DNA of 44,130 nucleotides from Mesotaenium endlicherianum. Its lineage: Eukaryota. The stretch lies in NCBI GenBank assembly GCA_009602735.1, contig WELA01001451.1, positions 118,680 to 162,809 on the forward strand, in the 5' to 3' direction. The notes under the pieces are model-generated. The model made no database searches, was not told the DNA's origin, and was given only the letters and a program-made list of their open reading frames with translations. Below, piece by piece: positions 11,101 to 22,700 of the stretch. How positions within the stretch are numbered: the stretch's first letter is position 1; each line of letters opens with the position of its first letter. The translations under genes were made by a program, and so were the position numbers.

Positions 11101-14100
11101 TGCCTCCGCCTTGGGCGCGAGGAGATGGAGGAGGGAGAAGAGGAGGCGGAGAGGCATGGAGAGGGTGGAGTGCCACGTGGCTTCAAGGAGGGGCGGAATT
11201 CACGGGCAAACTGGGTGCCCCTGGGCAGGAGCAGGAAAAGGAAGTGCAATTGCACGAGGGAGAGGAGGAGGGGGGAGGGGAGGCAGCTCGAGACAGAAGA
11301 TGAGATGGAGATGGATAGCGCACCTGGAGGCCGTCAGCAGGGAGCCAAGAACAGGTGCAGCAGGCTCAAGCTGGAGTTGGAGCGGGAGCGGCAGCGGCAG
11401 CAGAATTGGGGCGCGTCTGTCCTTGCTGGGCCGTCTCAACCTGTCACGTCGGCGACGGCCAACGTCGGGTGCAACTTGCCGGTCAGGTTCTACTTTGAGA
11501 ACGTGCGCTGCACGCCCAACGTGTGGGAGGTCATGAGCCGACACCTGTTCAATATTCTGCCGGAGTTCTTCGACAGCTGCCAAGTGTCGTCCGCCTGCAG
11601 AGATCGGATGTATATTCATAACCTTCCGACGGAGGTGAGGGTCCACCCCAACCTCCCGATGGACAAGGACGAACTTGAAGCAGACCCGCAGCCCCCAGAG
11701 ACGAACATGAGGCAGGCAATGCCCTACGTTCTCTGGCCCGCCTGGGACCGGCGCATGCAGGTGAATTGTATTCACACCCGCAGGGCGCCCAATACGGTGC
11801 TGGAGGATGTGAGCGAGGCTGCAGGGCTCCTGGACTCGCGGCTGGGGTCAGGGGGGGAGCCGGCGGCCAAGGCGCTGTAAAAGGCTGTGATGAAAAACCT
11901 CAGGTACTGGAACATTGTGTGGCGGGTGCGCTACCAGGCGTCGGCGCTGGAGCCTGAAGAGTTGGAGTTCCTCATGGGCTACGCCCGGGGGCACACCGAG
12001 GAAATGCCCAGTCAGGCGGCGCGTCAGCAGGCCATTGGGAGAGCTTTAAGCATCCCGGCAGTCGCGTACCATTTCAGCGTGCTGAGAGGGTCCTTTTCTG
12101 ATGGCATCCGGCTTCTGGCGCCGTTTGCGGGCGTAGGTGGCGCCTCTGTGGCGCTCCACGCGGCCGGCGTGAGGCTCAGGGTGGTGGTCTCCATTGAGAA
12201 GGAGAAGGCCTGCCGGGAGGTTGAGTGGCGGTGGTGGAAGAGGACGAAGAAGACAGGCGCGCTTGTGCAGCTGGAGGATGTGACTCAGGTGGACAGAGTG
12301 AAGCTGAAAGCCCTTGTGAGAAATTATGGCCCGTTTGACCTCATCGCGGGGGGGAGCCCCTGCGGGAACTTCTCGGGGCTGAACTTCCAGCCGGCCGACA
12401 AGGCAACGGGCAAGTTTGGGCTGGTCGGCGAGGGAGGCAGGCTTCTTTGAGTTCTCACGCATTGTGCGGGAAGTTTGCGCGCTTCAAGGTGGCCTCCGGG
12501 ACTAGATGAAGGCCATGTTATGGCGGGGCAGCAGGGTGACACGCCCCTCCTTGTACACTATCTTGTTCTTTTTGTCTTTCAGACAAGTAGCTCGGCGTAA
12601 GTAGAGGTTTGTGCTTATGTGTACTATGTTATGTTTTTTCCCCTTTCCCTTTCTTTTTGGTTACTATCGAGGTTCTATAATGACGTTCGTATCGTCTTAT
12701 AGTGTACGTTTGCCTAGTAGTATCCACGTGTAGGCTTGGTGATTTTGTGCATATAAGAACCTCAGAACGTATGCATAGAGACTTAGAACTATGTGCAGAA
12801 GGTATATACAGGGTGTAGAGAGAGCCGTTATTTGACTCTGTCCTAATATCAGTGAGGTACAAAGACCCATTAGTTCACTAGTGGAAGGGAGGTGTGCCTA
12901 GTTATGGGACATACATGGTGTGAATAATACATATTTACGTATATACATATACACATATGCACACATGCGTATCACAGCTACAGTAGATACAAGCCGGCGA
13001 CTCCAAGCTTTTTGAAAATCTTGAATCATCGAGAGAAATTGGATGTGAATGATTGTGGAGTAGTGGTTCTTCATATCATTACTATCAAGCTTGAGAATAG
13101 TCGCAAGTTGTTCTCTTTCCTCTCTTTTTCTTTTTGCAACTATGTTGTACAAGCGGGGTATGTCAATGCATGCTCACATGGCTGCAGATCATATGAATAA
13201 ATGGGGAAATGTGAGCGTGATGTTTTTCCTTCATGTTGGGCCGGAAAAGAATGTTCTATTACATAATGAAATAGGCCCCTGCAATGTTTGACTTAATGTT
13301 GTAGACTAGCCGTAGCATACACATTTACCTGTATGGTTGGTCAAAGTGTGCACATGCATGCATTTTATATATTTGCCTGCACTCTGACCTTGCTCTAGCT
13401 CACTTAAATCCTTATCGAGTGAAGTGTGGTACTGAGCTGCCCATATGCCAGCGTTAGTTGTATGAAAATTCTCAAGCTTATACGCATTTTTTCACAAATA
13501 TAAGCAGCCAAAAGGCATCAAATCTTCATACAGGTTTAAAACTTTAAAAAAGCACACTCTTGAAGAACACAAGTGCCCATCATACTGTATACTGCACAAA
13601 TCTGTTCTGTCCTACTCCTGAAGGTTTGGAAGCGGCAAATGAACGTTCAGCTAGTGCCGTGCATAAGGCACCTGGTTATTCTTTGAAGCGTGTAAAGCTA
13701 GACCAGAGGGAAGCACAGTAGAATGGATGCCCTTGCGCTCACAGCTCTTGATTGCCAAGCGCCAACAAATTGATGCCACAAGCAATGGTCATCACCGGTG
13801 CGCCTGCGTCACTATAGCGATTGGTGGCTCACTAAGCAGCAACGTCAAGGGTTTGAGAGCATTGCAGCAGAGCGAGTGAAAGGTGGACGACTTGTACGCA
13901 CTAGAGCTCTTACTTTTTGCCAAGCAGCTCGGTTCTGCTCGTGGACAATGACACGACAACCGAGGGCCTTTAGACCGATGAAGCTCAAGAGTCAAATATG
14001 ACACCTGAGCTCTTGAGGTGGAAGGGCACGCTTTGGTCTCTTGTGGCTTGCACTTGGTTCTCTGCTTCTAGTGGCCCCGGCCTAGAAGTGGTTGCTGTCA

Positions 14101-14376
14101 CAATCTGGGCCGACAATGTGTTCTTTCTACTCCACAAAGAATACACACGCACAAAAATGTCGAAGTAAGTGTTCCACTGCCCATGGACCTTTCTGTACAC
14201 CTGTGACCTATCACACCGACCCTATATATGTACAAACTATACCTGGCCACTTAGTGTAGTTTGGCCAGGTTCAAACCTCCATATGCATCCTTGAAGCCAG
14301 CTTCGTAAGATAGAGACGGTAAGTAGACAGACCCCACGCTTCCGAAATGGGCCTACGTCTCGCATCTCGCTCTCTT

Positions 14377-17300
14377 CTAGCGCAGCACACCGCTCTGCAG
14401 CATGCACACATGTTGCACAATCCGCGAAAACTCGTAGAACAGCTTGCCCCCGTCGCCCGTCAGCCCAGACTTGCCCCTGCTCTTGTTGGCCACCGGCTGG
14501 AAGTTCAACCCCGAAAAATTCCCGCAGGGGCTCCCGCCCGCGATGAGGTCAAACGGGCCGTACTCCTTCACAAGCGCGTCCAGCTGCCGGGTGTCGACCC
14601 CGTTCACATCCTCCAGCTGCAGAAGCGCGCCCGTCTGCCCCGTCCTCTCCCACCAGCACTTCTCCACCTCTCGGCAGGCCCTCTCCTTCTCGATGGAGAC
14701 CACCGCCCGGAGCCTCATGCCGGCCGCGTGGAGCGCCACGGAGGCGCCACCTATGCCTGCAAATGGCGCCAGCAGGCAGACGCCGTCGGGAAAGAAATCT
14801 CTCAGCACGCTGAAATGGAACGCGACTGTTGGGATGCTGAAAGCGTTCCCGATGGCCCGCAGCCGCGCCGCCCGGTCGGGGATGCCCCGCGTGTGGCCCC
14901 GGGGATAGCCCATGAGCGCCTCCATCTCCTCGGGCTCCAGCGCCGACAACTGGCACGGCCCCGACCACACGATGTTCCAGTACCTGAGGTTTTCTATCAC
15001 CGCCTCCCTCAGCTCCGTGGGCCCTGGCTCGATCCCCCACGCGCGCTCCAGCTCCCGCCCCGTCCCCGCCCCTGCCCTTGCCATTACCCCTGCCCCTGCT
15101 CCATCTCCTGCTCTCGCGCCTGCCCCTGCACCCACGCCTGCGCCCAGTAGCTTGACAGCCTCGTTTACACGCTCCAGGACAATATTGGCGGCTCTTTTGG
15201 TGTGGATGCAGTTCAGCTGCTCGCGGCTGTCCCAAGTGGGCCAGAAGGGCGCCAGGTGCGGCAGTGCCTCCCTTATGGTGGTCTTTGGGGGCTGCGGGTG
15301 GGCCCGCCCCTCGCGCAAGAGGTTGTGGATGTAGATGCGGTCCCTGCGGGCGGCCGACACCTGGCAGCTGTTGAATAGCTCCGGCTTGACCCCGAACAGC
15401 TGGCGGCTCATGGACTCCCGCTCGGCAGCCGACAAGCGCACGTTCTCAAAGTAGAATCGGACGGGCAAGCTGCTCCCAAAGCGGGCCGACGATGTGGCGG
15501 GCTGGGAGGGCACCGGGGGCGCAGGCACCCCCCGGCAATAACGCCGCTGCTGCTCCAGTTCATACGTCAGCCTGCTGCAACGGTTCCTGCAGCCCAGCAG
15601 CCGGTCCTGTGGCGCGCTATCCATCCCCGCCTCCTCCTCTGCCGTGAGAAACCCCCCCCTATCCCACTCCTTCTCCCACCCACATTCGCTCACCCATTCC
15701 CTCTCCCTCTCCCTTTTCCTCTCCCGCTTTTTGCTCCCGCCAAGTGGCACCGAGCCTGCCCGCCGCTTGCTCCCCTCCTTGAAGCCACGTGGCGGTGGCT
15801 CTTCCCCCTCCCGCCCCTCCTCCTCCGACTTGTCGTTCTCACGCAGAAGGCACTGCCTGAGGGAGCGGCACAGGTTGGCCTCGTGCGCGCTCATGCCCCT
15901 CCCCAGCCCGCCTTGTGGCGGCACATTGTCGGCAGGCGGCCACCTGGCGCCTTCCTGGCTCGCACCGGCTCCCATTGCAGCCTCCTGCACGTGCAATAAG
16001 TAACACAGTTTGTGAGAATGTACACGTGCAACTCCCTCTTCCTATTTTTCTTGTATATCTATTGCTGGCTTAAGCCAATTTTGGCAGCCATGAAGTCATA
16101 TTGAGTATGTCCTGGCCCCTGCAGCTTTAAGCTGGTGATTAACTGGAGCTGACTAAATTGAGGAAAAAAAAACGGACACCTGTGAGGCGTGAGGAGAAGT
16201 GCAGAAGGTAGAGACCATATTTTAGAAAGCACGGAGTCCTGCAAGTGCTGCTAGCAAGTATATTTCGACTGCTACACATCCAGGAGATTGATTGGCAAGA
16301 GGGAGGCGGTAGAGTGTATACATTCCAATGGGACGTATTCATTTCTGTCAAGAGTTTAGGAACTATGTATCCCAAATGGCACTGATGCACACAACACATA
16401 TAGAGACACAATGTGTACATTTGTGTGCCCACGCAGAGCTGCAACCTTTACTTTTGCTGCAAGGGAGCTCCATGACGATATGGCAACGCAACTGCTGCCA
16501 GGACTTGTTTTCAACAGGGTGAACATAAACACTCGACACAATGCATGTCTGCTGTTACTAAGCTACACCATGAAGAAGAAGTGTCAAAATGTCTCCAGCA
16601 AAAGGAAGGCCACTGTGCAACATCTGAGCAACAGCACGTGCAACAGACGCACATAGCAATGCCCCCGTCAGACACACACACACACACACCTGCGCGCACA
16701 CACACACGCACACACACGCGCACACACAGACACACGCACGCGCGCCCGGAGGGAGAGAGCAACTGTACTTGAGCAGGTCGAAGGGGCACATCCTGGGGGT
16801 CGAGCTTGTCCAGGCCCCACGCGAGCAACTCCTCGAAGCTCCACCCCCCTGCAGCAGCACCAGGCATACACGCACACACGCGCACCCGCGCACACACGCA
16901 CAAGCGCACGCACGCACACGCGCACACGGGAACGCGCGCACATGCACACGCACGCACGAGGCGCACCACTCACAACTCCGAGGCAGACAACAAGGGGCAG
17001 AGGCTGCCAGAGTACATCCTGCCGGCCGGCGAGCTGGTAGGACTCAAAGCTGGGGACACTCACAAGTACGGAAAAGAGAACCAGACAGACAGTACATGGC
17101 GCACACCCGTAACAGCGCGCAGAGCGTGCAAGGCGTCAACCAGTACGAATCTACCCTGGCAGAGGACTGCCGGGAGCTCTGGTTCAGTGAGAAGGAAATC
17201 GGCGGGGGTGTCGGGGGCGGGAAAACGGTCCATTTTTGGGGTCGGGGAGGGCCCGAAGGGCAGATTTCTGCCCCTCTGGCCTATAAGTGCTTTTTTGCAA

Positions 17301-19685
17301 GGTGTAAAGATTTGGTCCCTTTGGCATAGGATGACCATGGCCCAGAAAAGACCACCCCACTGCGGCCCCAAGGGACCGGCTCGTGAGGGGGCAGTTGAGG
17401 AAGACTCCCACGTCCCTAGGCGCACACGCGGGGGAGCGGGGGAGCACACGAAGTGATCCTAGAGCCTCTCAGGGAGCCGCAGCCAGGACTCAGGAGCGCA
17501 CTTGTGGCGCTGACCCCGACGCCGCGTGAGGCGTTGGCGACGACGTCACAATCAGATGGGCAGCTGTGCTTGCACTCGATGGCAGTCGCAGCCAGCCGGC
17601 TGGCCGCTCGGCGCGCGCTCGACCGGTCTCCCACTCGCTGGCCAGCCTTTAGAAGCGCAACAAGTGCAGGGAGTCTCAGGGGCAAGGAGTTGCCATCACT
17701 GCACTTTTCGAGCGGGCTGCAAACTCCCTTTGTAGTTTCTGGCCATGCCCCCTCCAGCAACAGGAGTGGACACGCTCGGGAGCGCACGCAAAGAAAGTGC
17801 AGCAGCCGCGGCAGCAGCAGCAGCAGCAGCAGCAGCAGGACCCTGCAGACGCAGATGAGCCCACATGTCATATCAGGAAGGGGACAGGTTTCAAGATCTC
17901 CGGTGGGTTGCGTACTCTTCAGGCGAGCTGCGCATTTGGGCGCGATCCAATCGCAGACGGCGGAGGCGTAGCCCATGTCCTCAAACAGGTCCCGGAACTT
18001 GGCTCCCGCCGTCGTCTCGCCAGGTGGCACGTCCTCCTGACAGGAGGCGCCACGAGGCTGTGCTGTCTCGTCGTGTGGCTCCACCTCCTCTTCCTGACAG
18101 GTGGCAGCACGGGTCTCTGCTGCCTCGCCCAGTGGTAACCCCTCCTGACACGTGGCAGGAGGAGGCCTATTTGAGGCGCTGGTAGACTGGCCTGCAACAC
18201 TCAATGCGCGCACGCACAAAAGACGCAAGACGGAGCTTGCGCACATATTTCATCTTGAGCTAATCGCATGCGAAGAGGGAGACACACTTTATGGGTTTCT
18301 TTGAAGAGTACAGTTTGTTCAGATAGTATAACTTTTTCAAGATGAATAACGATGGAGAAGTACTCGCTGGTGGTGCTATTTCTGCCCATGCCGCAATCAA
18401 CTCGGAGCTACACGGAGATAACAGATTCGTTTGATATATAAACAAACAAACGGGTCAATATGCGCGCACAACAGAACAAAATGTAACTCCTCCCTCTACA
18501 TACATTTGAGCTTTTATGCTTACGCATGTCTTTTAAATGCACGCAATCTCGCGACAGATTCTATGTGACCACATGCCCTGCATGAACCAGCAGCCTCGAT
18601 GGAGACTCACGCCCTCTCTTTCCTCCTGCTCCTTGTTGCAAAATTTTTGCAACTGGTATCCCTGCCAGTCAAGAGTGGGTGCGACCACAAAAGGGCAGCC
18701 CCAGCGGTGTCCTATAGTGATCTAAGGCCTGTCCCTTGTTGCAGTAGCAGAGGCAGGAGCAGGGGCAGGAGCAGGAGCAGGAGGAGGAGCAGGACGAGGA
18801 AGCAGGAGGAGGAGCAGGAAGAGGAGGAGCAGGAGGAGGAGGAGGAGAAGCAAGAGGAGCAGGAGGAGAGCGCAGGGGGGAGAAAGAGGGGCGAGGAGGA
18901 GGGGGGGGGGAGCGGAGGAGTGGGTGAATACAAGTGACGTGCGACTCGAGGAGCGTGGGAGGCGTCGACGCCGGCCCGGCCCCAGCGTTTGTATGGCGCA
19001 CACGCCGGCCCCCAACCCCACTTGCACTCGCACTCGCACTCGCAACGCCACCCCCATCGCCTGCCGCGGCTGTGCCACCTGGCGGCGCACCCTGCACACC
19101 CTCCTACGGAAGGCAAAGCACTGCTGATTATGAGACATATCTATTCATGTTCGCATTTGTCCGTCTTGTTGGTCTGGGAAGCAAAGGCGGCCTACTGGCA
19201 AAGAGCATCAGATTTTTTAACCTCGCAACAGTTTCAGAGTTAGTGGATGCATCATGAGAGTAGCACCCCCTGTTTCCATCACCGTAGTGTCTTAGTCTGG
19301 AGCCCATACGAGGGAAGTGTTCAAGCAGGCGCGTGAAATGTGTCCCTTGTTAATGCTGTCAACCTATACTACGTTCATTTTCCAACCGGCCGTTCCAATC
19401 GAAACTGACTTCAAAGGGCGACGGGTAAATGCACGCGGAGCACTAGTTGCATCAAACCCAAGTGAAAGCAGACATCCAAAGCTACGGGCGAGGTGTTGAG
19501 CATCAAATTAAGAGGCTAATAATAAAGATCGCACGGAGCTTGCGCCGCTCCCAAAGGAGAGACGAGCACTCTCGAAAGATTGACACTGCCAGAAGAAAAC
19601 TGCCGCAACAAATCTCGGATGTGTAAATCCGTTGCAAGGCAGGCACACACGACGATGCCCCAGCAACACGCGCACACACATACGC

Positions 19686-19738
<53 letters not shown>

Positions 19739-22700
19739 AGCACACGCACACAAGAGGGGGAGAGGGACTGTACTTGAGCAGGGTGATCGGGATTGGGCAC
19801 ACTGGGGGGATCGCGGCTGATCTCATCCAGGCCCCATTCGAGCCATTCCTCAAAGCTATGCCCCTCCGCTGCAGCCCACACGCACGCACGACACGCAACA
19901 GTCACGAGGCAGACAAGCACCCGAGGAGGGGGGGGGGGAGGGACTTCCAAAATGCACCCTACTGCCTGGCTGGCTGGCTGGCCGGCTGGTTGGCCGGCTG
20001 GTTGGTACTAGGAGTAGGGGTAGGAATGCAGATGAAAGAAGGGAAAGAAGAACAACAAGCAACGCCACACACCCGGCACAGCGCGCACACTCTGAAGCAC
20101 TAGCTGCCAGAGCACAAAGACATGCACGCCACGCTGCAGCGCCGCCTAGAAGCTCCGCCTCGTGCCACCAGGCAGCAGGCAGCAGCCCAAAAAGGACACT
20201 GGAATGAGCACCCTTAGACCAATAGCGCGTGCGCACACCAACGAATTGCTGCCATCTGCCTGACTACCCCACCAGGCAGCAGGCAGCAGCCTGCCGGCAA
20301 CAAACACGAGGCTACTTCCTGCCCAACGCGCCCGACGCGCATGCAGCAGGTGCCGGCTGGCTGCATGAGACGGCGCCACCTGGCAGCAGCCAGCAGCCCG
20401 CGACGACTACGTGGGGAAAAACATAGGGCTGGAGCAGGCTGGAGCTGCCCCAAAAGCGCACGACGAGCGCGCAGCTTGAGCCGCCTGGCTAAATGATCCT
20501 CTGGGCGATGTCCTCCAGCTGGCAGCAACAACAGGCGTGAGCACGCGCAGAGCTGAGCACGCCAAATGTGCACCAGGAGCTGCCAGGAGCTGCCAGGAGC
20601 TGCAGCAGCCCAACTTGGTGCGCTGCAGATGAGCTCATGTGGCACGTCGGGATGGAGACAGGTGTCTGCACGTAGAGACCTCTGGTTGGCCACCACGTAC
20701 TCATCAGGCGAGCTGCACATTGGCGCGCCACCTGCTGACAGATGGCGACGTCGAAGCCCATGGTGCGGAACTGGTCTTGAAACTTGACCACCGTCGTCGC
20801 CGTCATCGTCTCGCCAGCAGGCACCGCCTCCTGACAGTCAGCCGCACGATGCTGAGTCCATGTCATGCCAGGCGGCACCTCCTCCAGACATGTGGCGGCA
20901 GGAGGCTGCGTGGCCTCGCCATGTGGCACTCCTTCCCCCTGAGGGGAAGCAGCAGGAGGCCTGGTTGATGCGTCGGTCAAATCGCCTGCATCATACTCGA
21001 CAGGTGGGCAGAAAAGGTTCGGAACGTGTGCACTTGCATGCCATCTTAAGCTGCAAATTGGCACGCAATTATCTTTTCTTTCAGACGTGCCAGCACAGTT
21101 TTTTTCATGGAATAATTATTGGACTAGATGGCTCCGTTCGCTCTTTAATACAATTCCTACAAAGGAATATGGATGTCGCTTGCTTTGATGTCGAGGACTT
21201 CTCATGATAACTCAGGGGTGGAAGATGAGGGGAGAAGTTGCCACCCATCTCAAGCAGCAAATGGATGTCCACCTGTGCATTTAAATACATGTAGACGAGT
21301 AGAGTGCTTTGCTAAAGCTCAAAATTTCCAGGAACGTGTGCAATATATGCCATACGGTTACATGTACACACAAACTCTCGATCTATGCATGCACGCTAAA
21401 TTACAAATATATTCAGTCTTATGCACACATCACGTGCACACGCTAGCACATCACAACCTCACATATGCCGGCTTCCTCAACGCACGCACACTCCCTCCCC
21501 CCCTTCCACGTTCCTGCTGGGTCTCCTCACCTCTGCCAGTGCACGCCAGCCAGACTGAGCATGCCAGTCCGCAGCACCAGGGCAGCCCCTTGAAGAATAG
21601 CAGGCATTGGTCGATTCCAACAATGAAGCAGCAGGAGGCGTGTAGGAGAGGAAGTGGGGAGGAGGGAGCAGATAGTCATACAAGTGATGGGCACCTCCTG
21701 AAATGCAGGAGCCGAAAACGCTGATCTGCACTCAGCGCGGTGGGCCCCCCCACCCTCACCCCCGCCCNNNNNNNNNNNNNNNNNNNNNNNNNNNNNNNNN
21801 NNNNNNNNNNNNNNNNNNNNNNNNNNNNNNNNNNNNNNNNNNNNNNNNNNNNNNNNNNNNNNNNNNNNNNNNNNNNNNNNNNNNNNNNNNNNNNNNNNNN
21901 NNNNNNNNNNNNNNNNNNNNNNNNNNNNNNNNNNNNNNNNNNNNNNNNNNNNNNNNNNNNNNNNNNNNNNNNNNNNNNNNNNNNNNNNNNNNNNNNNNNN
22001 NNNNNNNNNNNNNNNNNNNNNNNNNNNNNNNNNNNNNNNNNNNNNNNNNNNNNNNNNNNNNNNNNNNNNNNNNNNNNNNNNNNNNNNNNNNNNNNNNNNN
22101 NNNNNNNNNNNNNNNNNNNNNNNNNNNNNNNNNNNNNNNNCCGCCCCCGCCCCCGCCCTCATTTCCACCACCGCTCCCATCTCCAGGCTCATTGGCTGTT
22201 GTGATTGTGCCACCTGGCAGAGCCTCCTGTACATCATGTCAAAGAGAGCAACATCTCCATGTATGTGTGTATGCCAGGTTTCCTCTGCTGTCTATCTGAC
22301 TTTCTAGGTCAGTCCGTTGCCTCGAACCCAAAACTCTGAACTTGTAACTTTTAAGCGATTCAAGCAGAAGAGAGAAGGAGGTCCGCCTGGTCCTTCTCTG
22401 GCTGTCGAGTTGCAGTCCCAAACGTTAACTTCAGTCTGTCGCCGCGTACTCTCAAGCTCTCTTGTAAAAAGGAGGCGTGTGGATGCAACTCTGAATAGAA
22501 ACGCATTCGATTTTGGATAGACGCGCAAAGCTGGAGGAGGAGGTATGGGCATAGAAGCAAAGGCTGCCTGGAGTGCTTGCGATGGTCTGATCCAAAAATT
22601 ACTCTATACCAATGATCAGCCATAGCGCCAGTCAAAGAAGGAGAAAAAGCAAACGACAAACTCAGCAACACGCAATCAGATAAGGAGAGGGGTAGGATAC

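Larger units (their letters stand above)
5298..12505 (+). pseudogene. DRM: DRM-family DNA (cytosine-5) methyltransferase, copy A, disrupted. Exons 5298(or 5184)-5415, 5705-5850, [exon 3 missing], 6676-6960, 7867-7961, 8718-8877, 9308-9514, 10221-10300, 10972-12505
   Basis: Rearranged motif order VI (FYFENV), VIII (CRDRMYIHNL), IX (LEPEELEFLMGY), X, I (PFAGVGG), IV (GGSPCGN). N-terminal UBA-like AEMGYPIDEALLSRAVESCRGEDTDAMVDFF. Exon lengths of 285, 95, 160 and 80 nt match copy B. Lesions: in-frame TAA at 11878-11880, 2-nt deletion near 12442, and loss of exon 3, which breaks the reading phase. Confidence 0.85.

Noticed and set aside
11878..11880. Stop-codon readthrough or an alternative genetic code (TAA=Gln)
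   Set aside because: Other genes here end in TAA or TAG (39905-39907, 14377-14379), and copy A has two further independent lesions.
13740..14170. Possible decayed coding fragment in the spacer between the DRM copies
   Set aside because: Several stops and frameshifts and no family I can identify; needs BLASTX.
14347..15334. Long antisense/overlapping ORFs over the DRM catalytic exon (likewise over OSCA at 42070-43491)
   Set aside because: Shadow ORFs expected from high-GC codon usage.
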